62,972 nucleotides of DNA, filler included, from Octopus bimaculoides (GCF_001194135.2; 5 parts of 5 records of this genome joined end to end with filler, not necessarily neighbours in it), one strand, 5' to 3'; shown: positions 12,958-27,671, numbered from the whole stretch's first letter. The notes: generated by a model from the sequence alone, not told the origin. Made by a program: numbers and translations.

Positions 12958-15169
12958 NNNNNNNNNNNNNNNNNNNNNNNNNNNNNNNNNNNNNNNNNNN
13001 NNNNNNNNNNNNNNNNNNNNNNNNNNNNNNNNNNNNNNNNNNNNNNNNNNNNNNNNNNNNNNNNNNNNNNNNNNNNNNNNNNNNNNNNNNNNNNNNNNNN
13101 NNNNNNNNNNNNNNNNNNNNNNNNNNNNNNNNNNNNNNNNNNNNNNNNNNNNNNNNNNNNNNNNNNNNNNNNNNNNNNNNNNNNNNNNNNNNNNNNNNNN
13201 NNNNNNNNNNNNNNNNNNNNNNNNNNNNNNNNNNNNNNNNNNNNNNNNNNNNNNNNNNNNNNNNNNNNNNNNNNNNNNNNNNNNNNNNNNNNNNNNNNNN
13301 NNNNNNNNNNNNNNNNNNNNNNNNNNNNNNNNNNNNNNNNNNNNNNNNNNNNNNNNNNNNNNNNNNNNNNNNNNNNNNNNNNNNNNNNNNNNNNNNNNNN
13401 NNNNNNNNNNNNNNNNNNNNNNNNNNNNNNNNNNNNNNNNNNNNNNNNNNNNNNNNNNNNNNNNNNNNNNNNNNNNNNNNNNNNNNNNNNNNNNNNNNNN
13501 NNNNNNNNNNNNNNNNNNNNNNNNNNNNNNNNNNNNNNNNNNNNNNNNNNNNNNNNNNNNNNNNNNNNNNNNNNNNNNNNNNNNNNNNNNNNNNNNNNNN
13601 NNNNNNNNNNNNNNNNNNNNNNNNNNNNNNNNNNNNNNNNNNNNNNNNNNNNNNNNNNNNNTATACATGCATATATGCATATATATGTATATATAAAGTT
13701 ATACATATACATATAAACAAATATGAACACAAAAACACTGTATAATCAATGAGAACACCGCACATTGAGAGAAGTACACAGACACGCACATATAGACTCC
13801 CACGCATTCATTCTCTTCTGTCTCACACATACATAATTTCATCGAAACACGAAATGAAATAACCTATTGAACGATATAGTAATGCTTTATACATGCAGAC
13901 ACATACGGACGAACATACATACACACACATACACACAGACATCCACACAAAAGTTAGTCACACAGATATACACAGATACGCGTACACACGTAGGCAACAA
14001 CTACGCATGTAAAACTATACACGCACATACATGCACGCATATATATATATACATACTCAGATCAAGCTCAAGACATTGAACAGCCTATACCAAAATGCAT
14101 ACACCTACGCACGTGGTATCTCTCTCTCTATATATATATATAGATACCACACACAAAGAACAAAGTAAATGACACAATGAAGTGTATACACATATGCACA
14201 CAAACACACACACTTAGAAACATGAAAAAATTGAAGTCAATGTCCTCGGGAAAGCAGTATGCATATGTACATGCGTAAGGAGACGACAATAAAAACCTAG
14301 ACTTTATATCCATCCATCCATCCATCCATCCATCCATCCATCCATCCATCGATAAATACATACACATATATATATATATCAACACACACACACACACACA
14401 CACACACANNNNNNNNNNNNNNNNNNNNNNNNNNNNNNNNNNNNNNNNNNNNNNNNNNNNNNNNNNNNNNNNNNNNNNNNNNNNNNNNNNNNNNNNNNNN
14501 NNNNNNNNNNNNNNNNNNNNNNNNNNNNNNNNNNNNNNNNNNNNNNNNNNNNNNNNNNNNNNNNNNNNNNNNNNNNNNNNNNNNNNNNNNNNNNNNNNNN
14601 NNNNNNNNNNNNNNNNNNNNNNNNNNNNNNNNNNNNNNNNNNNNNNNNNNNNNNNNNNNNNNNNNNNNNNNNNNNNNNNNNNNNNNNNNNNNNNNNNNNN
14701 NNNNNNNNNNNNNNNNNNNNNNNNNNNNNNNNNNNNNNNNNNNNNNNNNNNNNNNNNNNNNNNNNNNNNNNNNNNNNNNNNNNNNNNNNNNNNNNNNNNN
14801 NNNNNNNNNNNNNNNNNNNNNNNNNNNNNNNNNNNNNNNNNNNNNNNNNNNNNNNNNNNNNNNNNNNNNNNNNNNNNNNNNNNNNNNNNNNNNNNNNNNN
14901 NNNNNNNNNNNNNNNNNNNNNNNNNNNNNNNNNNNNNNNNNNNNNNNNNNNNNNNNNNNNNNNNNNNNNNNNNNNNNNNNNNNNNNNNNNNNNNNNNNNN
15001 NNNNNNNNNNNNNNNNNNNNNNNNNNNNNNNNNNNNNNNNNNNNNNNNNNNNNNNNNNNNNNNNNNNNNNNNNNNNNNNNNNNNNNNNNNNNNNNNNNNN
15101 NNNNNNNNNNNNNNNNNNNNNNNNNTATTATATTTTGGGATGGTTTTTTTTATCTCCCCTTCTTCCTAG

Positions 15170-15400
15170 CTCTTCTGTGTCCGGCATTCGCCATGATAGA
15201 TCGCTAGCCACTACACATTCTTATTTTTTCTCTCCTTATTTCTCTCCTTGTTTCTTTCTGTGTTCCTTTCTGTGGAAGAGCGTAGGCTCAAAACGTTAAA
15301 AACTTTATTCACTTCCCGAGCGTTATACTAATACATCTGTTTGTTTTCTACACCACCTGTCTTCGTCTTCCTGGTAGATTCAAACTTTCAAGGTGTATTC
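15170..15400 (+). mobile_element. Penelope-like terminal-repeat remnant with degenerate hammerhead motif (15266-15301)
   Basis: CTTT-CTGTGGA-A-GAGC GTAG GCTC-AAAA-CG-TT-AAAA followed by gagcgttatactaatacatc; same family as 54850-55040. Confidence 0.45.
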
Positions 15401-17164
15401 TGTGTTCTTTCTCAATTTCTCTTCCACTCATACCTTCCCTTCTCTTTCTTCCACTCTTTCCTTCGCCCTCTCTCTCTCTCTCTCTCACTTTTTTTCTCTC
15501 ATTTACTATTTTATGAAGTCTGATACCTCCCTTGGTCCGGTTTGATCTCCATATTCCTCCTCTTACTCAACTACAGTTTAGTCGCTGTCATATCCTCAAA
15601 CATCCGCCCATACGCAATTAACTCGTCTATTCATTCTACCTTAGCTAACTCCACCTCAGTGTTATTCGCATGCAACCATGACAAATCACATCAAACTTGC
15701 ACTCATTGCTTGCACCAATACATTCATATCTCACCTAACATGAACCATGCAAATTGTAGTTTTCTTTAACAGAACAAATTTGAAATTGCGATACATTTCA
15801 GTCTCATCTCCTATTCTATTAATCTGATTAAGATTCAAAACACCCTCTTAACTTCGTTACAAAAGCTTTATCTTACTAACACAGATTATCTCATCTGATA
15901 AATGCATGAACACAACATTAGAAAATCTGCACCACAGACTGATCTTCATCTGGAGGCTTAGAAAATACGACTAATCCCCCGTTAATAGATTTTCTGCAAA
16001 TCTCAGCTGAAAACGTACTGGAATATTGGGATGGCGTCATTCCAATACATAGACAAGATTGAACATTATTATTCATGTTGTAGTTGCTTCTACTCTTCCG
16101 AACTGGTATCTCACATACCATCTCCACCTAGTCACTCTTTATTCACTCATCACTTCTATTCTTCTCTCAGGGTCGAAGTTATCATTAGACAAAATCCATC
16201 CTGACTTAGAAATACAGCTTTCTGGAATTCGACCTTGTCATATGTTTCATATGTAAAATTTCAAGAGCGAAGTAAAACTATGCCAAAAGACATGTCTACA
16301 TCATTCTTCCACCAATCAAAGAACAAAACAAGAGTATACTTAGACATACATGGAGACATATATTTATTTGAAAGCCTAGTAGAATTCACAGTGAGCAACA
16401 ATGGTATTTCTTTCTCACATCATCCTGAGATATTTACTCCAAATTTAGGCTCTAATATGGCTTCACATTTTATACTTATGCTGTTATATGTAACTTATAG
16501 TTGATGTATTTTGCGGAACGATCATCGGGACAATACACCAGCTTATTCTTTTGACAACTCTAACTGTAGCTTCTGCTATGTTATTAAAAATACAGTTCAA
16601 GCAGCGGTTGTGTTACCTCTCGCGTTATTTCTGCTGCTACTAAAAATAATATTACGAATACTGCGGTATAGACTGTGGTGATATTACTTGTTGTTGTGAG
16701 AATATTAGGCCGACTCATCATTGAGATTGTGGAAATTGTGAAATTAGTATTCTATCTGCCTTCACATTCGTTATTGTAATTTTTATCGATGTAGCACATG
16801 TCGTTTTAGCATATTGTTGTTGTTATTACTGTCATCATTTATGTCCGCCATTTGTTTTCCTTATTGCTTTTATTATTCCTACCTTTTTATCTTGCTCTAA
16901 TTTTCGTATGCTCTGCCACTTGGCACATCATATAGCGGTTACAGACATGCATTTCTCATCAATGGAATCATCGCCATAAATTGCGGTAGTAGTGACTGCA
17001 TTTTTTTTTTTAACTGTACGAAAAAGGAAGACTTTGTCAATGGAGGGAGGAATTTTAACTACAACAAACTCTCACCGTTCGTACTTCTTCTTCCTCCCCG
17101 TCTTGCCATTCATAGTCACATTTCTGGGCACCGCATATTTCTTTAGAAAGATTTTTCAGGTCAT

Positions 17165-17518
17165 TATTATCTCTACCTTAGCGAAGGCGGAGGTATTGTT
17201 TTCAGTTGTGTTTGTTTGTTTGTTTGCCGTAGACAAGATATCTGAAGAACCGTTGCATAGATTCGGATGAAACTTTCAAGGATGTTTGGCCTCGTGACTG
17301 GCATGAACTGATTAGATTTTGGGTTCGATTCGGTACCGGGGAAGGATTCTGGATTATTTTACCTCTTTCTTAACTTAATTTTCGAGAGCGGTCGGGTTCA
17401 TTGTTAGTATTCTCGTTTGTGAGAGTAGTCGAGTTATTTTTAGATATTCTCATTTTAGAAATCATCTTTAGCTAATCCTTGAGAGGAGGCTTGCGCTCCC
17501 TGAGTGCTCTTGTTTATT
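17165..17518 (+). mobile_element. Helentron-associated non-autonomous element (HINE/DINE-1-like)
   Basis: 5' hairpin ctctaccttagcgaaggcggag, (gttt)n run, ggattcggatgaaacttt core, 3' ggaggcttgcgctccctgagtgctcttgtt. Confidence 0.55.
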
Positions 17519-18799
17519 TNNNNNNNNNNNNNNNNNNNNNNNNNNNNNNNNNNNNNNNNNNNNNNNNNNNNNNNNNNNNNNNNNNNNNNNNNNNNNNNNN
17601 NNNNNNNNNNNNNNNNNNNNNNNNNNNNNNNNNNNNNNNNNNNNNNNNNNNNNNNNNNNNNNNNNNNNNNNNNNNNNNNNNNNNNNNNNNNNNNNNNNNN
17701 NNNNNNNNNNNNNNNNNNNNNNNNNNNNNNNNNNNNNNNNNNNNNNNNNNNNNNNNNNNNNNNNNNNNNNNNNNNNNNNNNNNNNNNNNNNNNNNNNNNN
17801 NNNNNNNNNNNNNNNNNNNNNNNNNNNNNNNNNNNNNNNNNNNNNNNNNNNNNNNNNNNNNNNNNNNNNNNNNNNNNNNNNNNNNNNNNNNNNNNNNNNN
17901 NNNNNNNNNNNNNNNNNNNNNNNNNNNNNNNNNNNNNNAAAAATTCTTCAAAGCAGTGCCCCCCAACAATGCCGGTGTCTAATAGCTGGAACAAGTATAA
18001 GATTAAAGATAGCAATATCAACAGACATAAGAAAACCACCCGCAATTAACAGCAACAATAATTTTTCCCAATTCTTGTCGCTGCTTTCCTTCATTTTCAT
18101 TTATTTTTGCTGGTTATGGTTGGGAGAGTGGCATGTTTTTGTTTTTGTCTGTGTGTTCTATTTTACTAACTATTAAGAGGGGAGTTCTGATTTTGATTAC
18201 CCCAGAGTTGTGCATGGTGTTACATTAGGATCATGACCAAGTTTTCTTCCTATTGTCTTTTCTTTTGTTAATTTTTTAGGCTTTCTATGTAGAAAGTTCC
18301 TAAATGGTTTTCACTGGCATATGTGGAACAGCAAGCATTTTAAATCTGGATCCTGAATTTTAAAATCATTCTATGTTATGCTGTTATTTTTTCCTTTTTT
18401 GGTTTGTTGGTTTGTTTTTCATTTTTCTTTACTTTTTTTCCATTTGAAATATAATTAGTTTGCATTTGTTGGTTTCTTTCTTCATTGCCAATTATTTCTC
18501 ATATTTTTTTTGTAGTCTTTTGACTTCGTTAAAATGTATTTCTCTCGGGGGCGGTGTCACAGAGAAAGAAGCTATAATCAACTCATAATTTAACAGCAAA
18601 TTCAAAATAGAAATAATTTTAAAAGTCGACGTTGTCTTCTAAGCCCAGTACGGGGTACAAATCTTAAAATTTTAATGACAGTTGCTGTTTGAAATATTAA
18701 CTAAAATAAATATTAATTCATTCAGTTACACTTCGAAAGCATGGAAAATTCACAGAGCAAAATTAGAAAGGAAAAGACAAAAGTGTAACAATAAAAATC

Positions 18800-19290
18800 C
18801 TTTCTAATAAAGACACAAGGCCTGAAATTTGGTGGGAGGATACTAGTCGAGTACAACGACGCCAGTGTCTCACTGATACTTAATTTATCGACCCTGCAAG
18901 GATGAAAGGGAATGTCGACCTTAGCGGAATTTGAAATCTGTACGTAGCAACGTGCTTAACAATTGTGCTAACTCTCCACCTTAATAATGATAATAATATT
19001 GGTTTCAACAGGCAGCGAGCTGGCCGAAACGTTAGCACGCCGGGCGAAATGCTTAGTAGCCTTACGTTCTGAGTTCAAATTCCTCTGAGGTTGACTTTGC
19101 CTTTCGTCCTTTCGGGGTCGATAAATTAAGTACCAGTTGCGTACTGGAATCGATCTAATTGACTGGCCCCTCTCCAAAAATTTTGTGTCTAGAGTAGAGG
19201 AGAATAATATTGGTTTCAAATTTTGGTACACGGCCAGCAAGTTCGGTGAGGGGATAAGTTGATTACATCGACCCTGATTACATCGTCCTC
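18800..19290. mobile_element. Cluster of SINE family A copies: minus 18800-18982, plus 19009-19200, minus tail fragment ~19205-19290
   Basis: Shared family A head, core and tail motifs in opposite orientations. Confidence 0.85.
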
Positions 19291-20818
19291 ACGTCCAGCA
19301 AATAAAATCAAAAAGAAGAAGAAGAAAAAGAAGACGACTGAGTTTTTCTATATTGTCCACAAGCTGTCCTTTGTTGGATACAGAGCAGAAAAGAAATTAA
19401 AAAAAAACCTTAGAAAATACCAAATAAATTACAGTGAAGTATTTAGACCGAGCACAGCCATGACATCAAGAATACAAAAATATCAATGGAAAAGCAATTA
19501 TAAATTCAACAAAGAGCAAAGAACAAGGTAAGTATCACCAAAATAGCAACGACTATTGACACCCACAAAAAAAGTACCATATTGCTCTGATACACCAAAG
19601 GTTAATATTTTAAACGGTGCTTACAGCAGGGTTACTTTGCTTGGAATCTTTCGCCATCATATCTACCTGTGAAAAAATATTTCTTTTAGTGCACTATAAT
19701 CTTCTGTGTGCTAATCTTTCTCAAGCAGTGGTAGTTGAGCATGATAAGAAAACTGTCGATAGAGGGGAAAAAGCTTATCCACAAACATTTAAAGTACAAT
19801 CTGAATAAACATCTCTCGTCATAACCATCGAATGGCTGACGTTTATACGCATTCCTTTGCCAAATAAAGGCGATGTGTTTGTCTTTACGATATATTCGAT
19901 AAATTCAGGTGTTAGCTTGATCAGACTTGCACCTGATCACATTTGTTCAAACAACGCTGATGCTGATATCAATCTGTCCATTGTACAGTGCCATTTTTCT
20001 CTTCTAAGAACAGGGACCAATGCCAAGGCCGTCATCGTCTTTATATCACATCCAACATTATTATGAATTAAGATGGTCAAGACATACAACAATCAATAAA
20101 TATTACCAACGAAAACACTATCACCAGCATCCCTCCTCCTCACCCTAGGCATCATCATCATCATTATCCTCATCATCACCATCATCATCGTCATCGTCGT
20201 CATTATCACATCATGACGAACATCTTTTGCCCTTGTGGTCATTCATTATTAATTTTCGAATTCTTCGAATTAGAGCACTTCACTCAAAACCTGGAAGTGT
20301 CTCCTCTTTCTCTCTCAATCTCCCTTTCTCTCTATATTCTCTATGTTCTCAATGTCACATTTTTTTACTCTAAGTACATATGTATATATACATACATACA
20401 CACATACACCCACATTACTACACATATATATATATATACACATACAAACACACACATTCACATACAAACATACATATATATATGGATAGACAGATAGAGA
20501 GACAGAGATAGATAGATTTAGGCATACATGCATACATACATATATTTGCGTTTATACGGTATGTAACTATGTCTACATCTGTTTATATATATATATTGTA
20601 TGTATGCTTATGTACGTGTAGATTTGTTGTGCGTCGGTATGAGTGAGGGTTTACGTGCTTGTACTTGCGCGCATGCGTCCATGCGTGCGTGCGTGTGCGT
20701 GTGAGAGCGAGTGCTCTTCGCAAACAGAGAAATGAAAATTATAACCAGGACGCAAAAAAAAAAAAACTTTGAACCACATACATTCACACAAATACACAGA
20801 CAAATACACACATATCCA

Positions 20819-20854
<36 letters not shown>

Positions 20855-22859
20855 NNNNNNNNNNNNNNNNNNNNNNNNNNNNNNNNNNNNNNNNNNNNNN
20901 NNNNNNNNNNNNNNNNNNNNNNNNNNNNNNNNNNNNNNNNNNNNNNNNNNNNNNNNNNNNNNNNNNNNNNNNNNNNNNNNNNNNNNNNNNNNNNNNNNNN
21001 NNNNNNNNNNNNNNNNNNNNNNNNNNNNNNNNNNNNNNNNNNNNNNNNNNNNNNNNNNNNNNNNNNNNNNNNNNNNNNNNNNNNNNNNNNNNNNNNNNNN
21101 NNNNNNNNNNNNNNNNNNNNNNNNNNNNNNNNNNNNNNNNNNNNNNNNNNNNNNNNNNNNNNNNNNNNNNNNNNNNNNNNNNNNNNNNNNNNNNNNNNNN
21201 NNNNNNNNNNNNNNNNNNNNNNNNNNNNNNNNNNNNNNNNNNNNNNNNNNNNNNNNNNNNNNNNNNNNNNNNNNNNNNNNNNNNNNNNNNNNNNNNNNNN
21301 NNNNNNNNNNNNNNNNNNNNNNNNNNNNNNNNNNNNNNNNNNNNNNNNNNNNNNNNNNNNNNNNNNNNNNNNNNNNNNNNNNNNNNNNNNNNNNNNNNNN
21401 NNNNNNNNNNNNNNNNNNNNNNNNNNNNNNNNNNNNNNNNNNNNNNNNNNNNNNNNNNNNNNNNNNNNNNNNNNNNNNNNNNNNNNNNNNNNNNNNNNNN
21501 NNNNNNNNNNNNNNNNNNNNNNNNNNNNNNNNNNNNNNNNNNNNNNNNNNNNNNNNNNNNNNNNNNNNNNNNNNNNNNTACAAAAGTTTGTCGTTGTTGT
21601 TGTTGTTTAGGCGGGAAAGGAAGTGTAAATGTGTAGTGGGTGGTGGTGGTGGTGGTGGTGGTGGCGGGGGTGTAAAATTTCTGTCTGGACGACTTTATGT
21701 AATTATTAATATTATTATCACTATATATTATTTTCGTTTATACCATTCATACGTAAATATACACAAACAGCCATACACACGTGTATATATTATTTATAAA
21801 TATAGTCAAATATTAATTTTTTCTCATGTATATACAAATACATATATACATATACGCTGTCACATATAAACCTATAAATATATATATAAATATATATATA
21901 TTCATATATACATATATATTTATTTATTTATATATTTACATATATATGTTTATAACTACACACACACACACATAAACATATAGTTCGTTTATTCCTATAA
22001 TATTCTCTTTATATTACTTTTGGTACTGTCGTTGTCCACCTTGTTATTATTCTCAGTATTATTTTTATTACTATTAGTAGTTATTATTATTATTGTTATT
22101 ATTATTATTGTTATTATTATTTTTATTATTGCCAATTATCAATTTCGTCTTCTTTTCAGACAATCAGTCAGTCACCCCACACTGACACAACNNNNNNNNN
22201 NNNNNNNNNNNNNNNNNNNNNNNNNNNNNNNNNNNNNNNNNNNNNNNNNNNNNNNNNNNNNNNNNNNNNNNNNNNNNNNNNNNNNNNNNNNGAGAGTTCA
22301 TCTGTTTGATCAAATGCCGAGATATTCAACGCAACAAACAATTACTTCATTTTTGTGTATGGGTTTATTTTTCTTATTGTGTGTATGATTAAATTGCAAT
22401 ACGTTTGTGTGTATTTATATATATCGGAGAGTGATTTTCTGTGCATGTATTTGTGTTTTTGCTAGTGTATGTTTGTGTGTGCAGGAAGACATGCATATAC
22501 TACCACATATATGTCTATCAGTGTATACCTTCATTAAAATTAACATAAATGTACATATATGTATTTATGTGTAATGAAATTTGTGCATATACAGAGACAC
22601 GGACGCATACACATGCACACACACACAAAGCACATGTATGCATATATATATATATATATATTTAGTTATATATATATACGTACATATATATATATATATA
22701 TGCGTATATATTCTATATATGTATATATATATATATATCATTCATATGGTATCTTCTCTATTTGTTGTATTAAAATAACTTACTGAAGTTATTCTGTCTT
22801 CAGTCTAATTTATTCATCCGCCTCTACGCAGCGAACGATGATGGCGTCGGCAGTGACGA

Positions 22860-22926
22860 TGGACATTCTCGCCACGACGACGACGACGACGACCACCACC
22901 ACCACTACTTCTACTACTACTACTAG

Positions 22927-22975
<49 letters not shown>

Positions 22976-22990
22976 GCTCCTACTACTACT
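22860..22990. repeat. (GAC)(CAC)(TAC)n compound microsatellite
   Basis: Direct reading. Confidence 0.95.
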
Positions 22991-23351
22991 TCTACCGCTT
23001 TCACCACTATATAACTGAAACTATCAATATGTCCACCGTGGCAATCAACACCACTATCATCAACACCAATATTACTTGCGCAAACGTCAACTGGAAGAGC
23101 AACAATAACAGCAAAGGAAACAAACAACAAAAACATCTTCAGGACAATCCTTATCATCTTTAACACCATCACAATTCATCATTATCATCATTACCACAAC
23201 CACGACTACCATATTTGTATCCTCCTCCTCCGAATCTACCTCCTCCTCCTCATCATCATCATCAGAATCATCGTCTGCAGCAGCAGGAGCAGCAGGGACA
23301 GCAGCAGCAGCAGCAGGAGCAGCAGCAACACCACCATTACCACCAAAAGAA

Positions 23352-23675
23352 ATGGAAAAACTTTCAAAATACAAAGACCTGGAAATAGAGATAACTCGAA
23401 TGTGGAATCTAAAAACAGAAACAATTCCTATCATAGCAGGTGCCTTAGGTATAATAAAAAAATTTTCAGACAAATACATAACAAAACACCAGGACTTACA
23501 AATATATATAACATACAGAAAATTGCACAACTGGGCACTGCACGCATCCTACGCAAAACACTTTCAATACAGTAACCATAAGAGCATCACAGCAAATCAC
23601 AGCACATACCCAAGGCACACAGAGCTGCGCTCGGTAGTGAAGTGAAAGCACGTTATAAAAATAAAACTACTGAAC

Positions 23676-23724
<49 letters not shown>
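23352..23724 (+). mobile_element. R4/Dong-like LINE 3' end (RLE C-terminus, 3' UTR, (TAA)n run)
   Basis: EKLSKYKDLEIEITRMWNLKTETIPIIAGALG..., shifted IQKIAQLGTARILRKTLSIQ*, ~100-nt 3' UTR then (AAT)n 23676-23724. Confidence 0.8.
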
Positions 23725-23725
<1 letters not shown>

Positions 23726-23915
23726 GCCTTCCTATTATAGTCACATGACCTGAAATTTCAAGCGTGGGGTGACAATCGTTTTCATCGACCTCAATGCTGA
23801 GGTTCTTATTTCATTGATCCCGAAATGAAGAAACGCAAAGGTGTCTTGGTAGAATTTGAACTGAGAATGTAAAGCGGGAAAAAAGGCCGCTAAGCAGTTT
23901 GTCCGGCGTGCTGCC
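23724..23915 (-). mobile_element. SINE family A copy
   Basis: Family A core and cctattatag.cac..g.cctgaaatt tail. Confidence 0.75.
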
Positions 23916-24654
23916 TATAGCGCCTGCACCACAAGCAACAACAACAAAAACTACAACAACATCAAGAAGAAGAAGAAGAACAGCAACAACAAGAAGAAGA
24001 ACTACAACAAGAACAAGATGAAGAGTCGAATGCAAAATTGAAAGAGCGAATGAAATGAATTATTTAATGAATGAATGAATGGAATAAAAAAAATAATATT
24101 TGAAAGAACATAAGATAGAAAATAAAAATAAATAAGCATATAAATACGAAAGAAACATTTCTGAAAGTGAGAAAGACGATTCCTACACAATGAAAATTTA
24201 ACAGTTATTGAAATCAATATCGATCTGTTAGATAGAAATACCCTTGGGGAGCTTCAATATTCTTACCATTGTGTCTTGACCAAACCTAAGATAAGGAGAT
24301 TAGATAACAGGAAGCGTGAAAGATGACAATGCAATGTAAAGATGGATAGAATAATGGCGAAGATGAAATATGAAGCGAAGAAAAAAAAAGGAACGGAATA
24401 AATAATTATAATTAAAAAAGAAGGAAATATAAGGAAAAAAAATGGAATGCGAATAAAAATGAAAGAATTACAAGGAGAAAAAGAAGAATATATAAGAAAC
24501 AAAATGGAATAACTTGTAAATATATAATGTTAATTCTAAAATATATGTATATANNNNNNNNNNNNNNNNNNNNNNNNNNNNNNNNNNNNNNNNNNNNNNN
24601 NNNNNNNNNNNNNNNNNNNNNNNNNNNNNNNNNNNNNNNNNNNNNNNNNNNNNN

Positions 24655-24689
<35 letters not shown>

Positions 24690-25248
24690 AATATATATAT
24701 ATATAAATATATAAATTAAAGTATGCACACATTCATACAAACTCATATATTATACGCATCCATGTATAGCTATATATCTATGTATGTATATATACACAGA
24801 GGCTGATACGCAGATACAATACACACGCATATAAATATATATTTAAATATAGGTATATATGTGTGACGATATATGTGCGTGTGTGTTAGAGTGTGTGTGT
24901 GTATAATTTTTAAAAGTATCTCAAAGTAGCGTATTGTAGCATTTCCTTCTTTCAATATCTTCCACTCAAATTTCCTATCTTTTGTTTCCTATAGTTTTTT
25001 TTTTTCAGAATTATGTGTGTGTGTGTATGCACAGCTACATATATATGAGTATGTATTTAATATATGTATGTATATATATGCAATTATGTAGCTGCGCCAG
25101 TATGCGTATGTATGTACATATGTACATGTAATATTTTATCTTATAAATATTTCTGTTTGTCAAACGTATTCTTACTTTGTATATCCTGTCTGATTAATTT
25201 TATATGCATATATATGTATATATATATGCATATAAAACTATATATAAT

Positions 25249-25280
<32 letters not shown>

Positions 25281-25850
25281 NNNNNNNNNNNNNNNNNNNN
25301 NNNNNNNNNNNNNNNNNNNNNNNNNNNNNNNNNNNNNNNNNNNNNNNNNNNNNNNNNNNNNNNNNNNNNNNNNNNNNNNNNTAAGATCTCAGGTCAGCCC
25401 ACGTGGAGAATGATTGAAAGAGACAGTATATTGTAAATAAGAGTTGGCTATCGGTAATCTATCTTGTGCTAAAAGAAGTATAATTTTACTACTGTACAAC
25501 ACTTTAATTTTTTACTCTATTTTACATCTAATATATATATATATACGTATATATCCATCGCCTTCATCTACCCCAGCAATTTGGTTTTCGTAGATTTTAA
25601 TTTACAAATTTGCAACATATGCTGCTGAACTCTAGCTAGCATGATTCTCCACACTACTGATACAAATCACTCCATATTCGACCATCTCCTCATCATATAT
25701 GTGTGTGGCTGTGTGTGTCTGGTCTGTGTATTTACACACGCAACTATATGTATGTATGTATAAATATAGAAAAATGATATGTATCTAAGTGTATATACAG
25801 ACTGTTCTTAATCTTGTGTAGCTCTAATTTAAACAGATGAAGCAGACATA

Positions 25851-26015
25851 ATGGTTTCAAATTTTGGCACAAGCCCAGCAACTTCGATGGAGGAGACCAA
25901 GTCGATTACATCAACCTTATTGTTCAAGTGCTACTAAATTTATCAATCCTGAAAGGATGAAGGGTAAAGTCAACCTCGGCGGAATTTGCAATTGGAACGC
26001 GAAGACGAACGAAAT
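25851..26015 (-). mobile_element. SINE family A copy, 5'-truncated
   Basis: atggtttcaaattttggcacaag...gaaaggatgaagggtaaagtcaacctcggcggaattt. Confidence 0.8.
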
Positions 26016-26863
26016 CAGATGATACACAAACATATTAAGAATGATTAAACAATGATGAAGGCATTGTTTACAGCACTCAGCTTTTGAATTGTTACTCAAA
26101 CCTTCCAATCGCTGCCAACTTGAGACTTGAGAATAAGATGTAAATTTCCCAATCTCACATATCGATGACAATCACCATTTTTGTGAGCATCTTTGCCAAA
26201 ATCATGAAATATGATCTATATGGTAACCCTTATTTCAGTATTTCAGCTATTACTAAATGGTGGATTCCGCTGTTTGGTGTGGCTCCAACCTATTTGGATT
26301 CTGTGCATTCATTTCAAGAACCTAATCACATACCTCTAACATTTTGTTCCATGATTTTACTCATTCACTTCCTTTATTGTGTAAGACATATGCCGTCTAA
26401 CTTCCTATTATTTGCAAGAAGCATGGCTTTGATATTGCCATGTTGCATGTCGTTAGGAGAATTACTGAGAAGTACTCACTCCCAATAACCGTGTAAAAAC
26501 TCAATTCATCTATCGCTTATATTATTTCTTTCTCATTTATATCGATGTAATCGATAATTGTTCCTTCTTTAGCAAATTTATAGAAAACATGTAGAGTAAT
26601 TGTTAAGTTTATAACGGACATTAGCCATCTTTCTCCTTACTTCACATTGGAGAATTTGGTGCAAAGCAGTGAGGCTGAACCCAGAACCATGGGGTTGGTA
26701 TGCAAGCTATTCGTAAAATATGGTATAATTACAAACAAGAGAACTTTTAGCCATTTTTCCACAGACTGAAAATGATGGTCAACTTTAAACGATTTTCGCA
26801 GCTTCTTCGCCTCTCATCAGAGGCGTCCACATCATTTTGACACTCTTCAGAGAAACAAGCAGC

Positions 26864-26919
<56 letters not shown>

Positions 26920-27019
26920 NNNNNNNNNNNNNNNNNNNNNNNNNNNNNNNNNNNNNNNNNNNNTTAATTAATTAANNNNNNNNNNNNNNNNNNNNNNNNN
27001 NNNNNNNNNNNNNNNNNNN

Positions 27020-27092
<73 letters not shown>

Positions 27093-27416
27093 TATATGAG
27101 GATAGGATTGTATTCATTCATATGTCTCTGTGTGTAGGTATGTGTTATTTCTTGGAAAGCCTAGCGTCGTCCACTAACGTGGTACTTGAGAGATGGTAGG
27201 AATGAAACTAAGTTTTCGATGGAGATAAGAAATAAAGATTATAACCAACAAAGGAAGGGACGGGTGTTGGAAGAATTAAGTGAGATGTGTTGGGGTGGGG
27301 AGCGAACTAGGAAGGGAATGAGAATAGGTGAGAGTGAGAATGGAAGGTGTAACAGATTTATAGGTTGAATTTATTGTGCTTGGCTTCAAGTCATCTCATT
27401 GGTTGCTCAGTATGTA

Positions 27417-27464
<48 letters not shown>

Positions 27465-27671
27465 GTATAAATTTATTTTCATATTCTATGTACGTGTATG
27501 TATAGATATATGCGTATACATGCATACATATGTGCATATACGAAAACTTGAATACCTCCCAGGCGCGAATGCTGATTAGCGATTTATCTGAGAGCTGGTA
27601 TCTCAGACAAGCGCAATATATATGGAATATAAAATATTATGATATTAATACATTAAGACTTGCATATATAT

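Noticed and set aside
17245-17285. CTGAAGA-ACCG...CGG-ATGAAAC hammerhead-like string
   Set aside because: Extra bases before GAAA, no stems I/III; part of the Helentron-like element.
19857-20066. ORF with TNAKAVIVF resembling class C GPCRs
   Set aside because: No usable donor, ends in a stop, no companion exons.
26785-26830. Minus-strand CTGATGA...GAAA
   Set aside because: Stems I-III do not form; the core is buried in a cgcctct/agaggcg hairpin.
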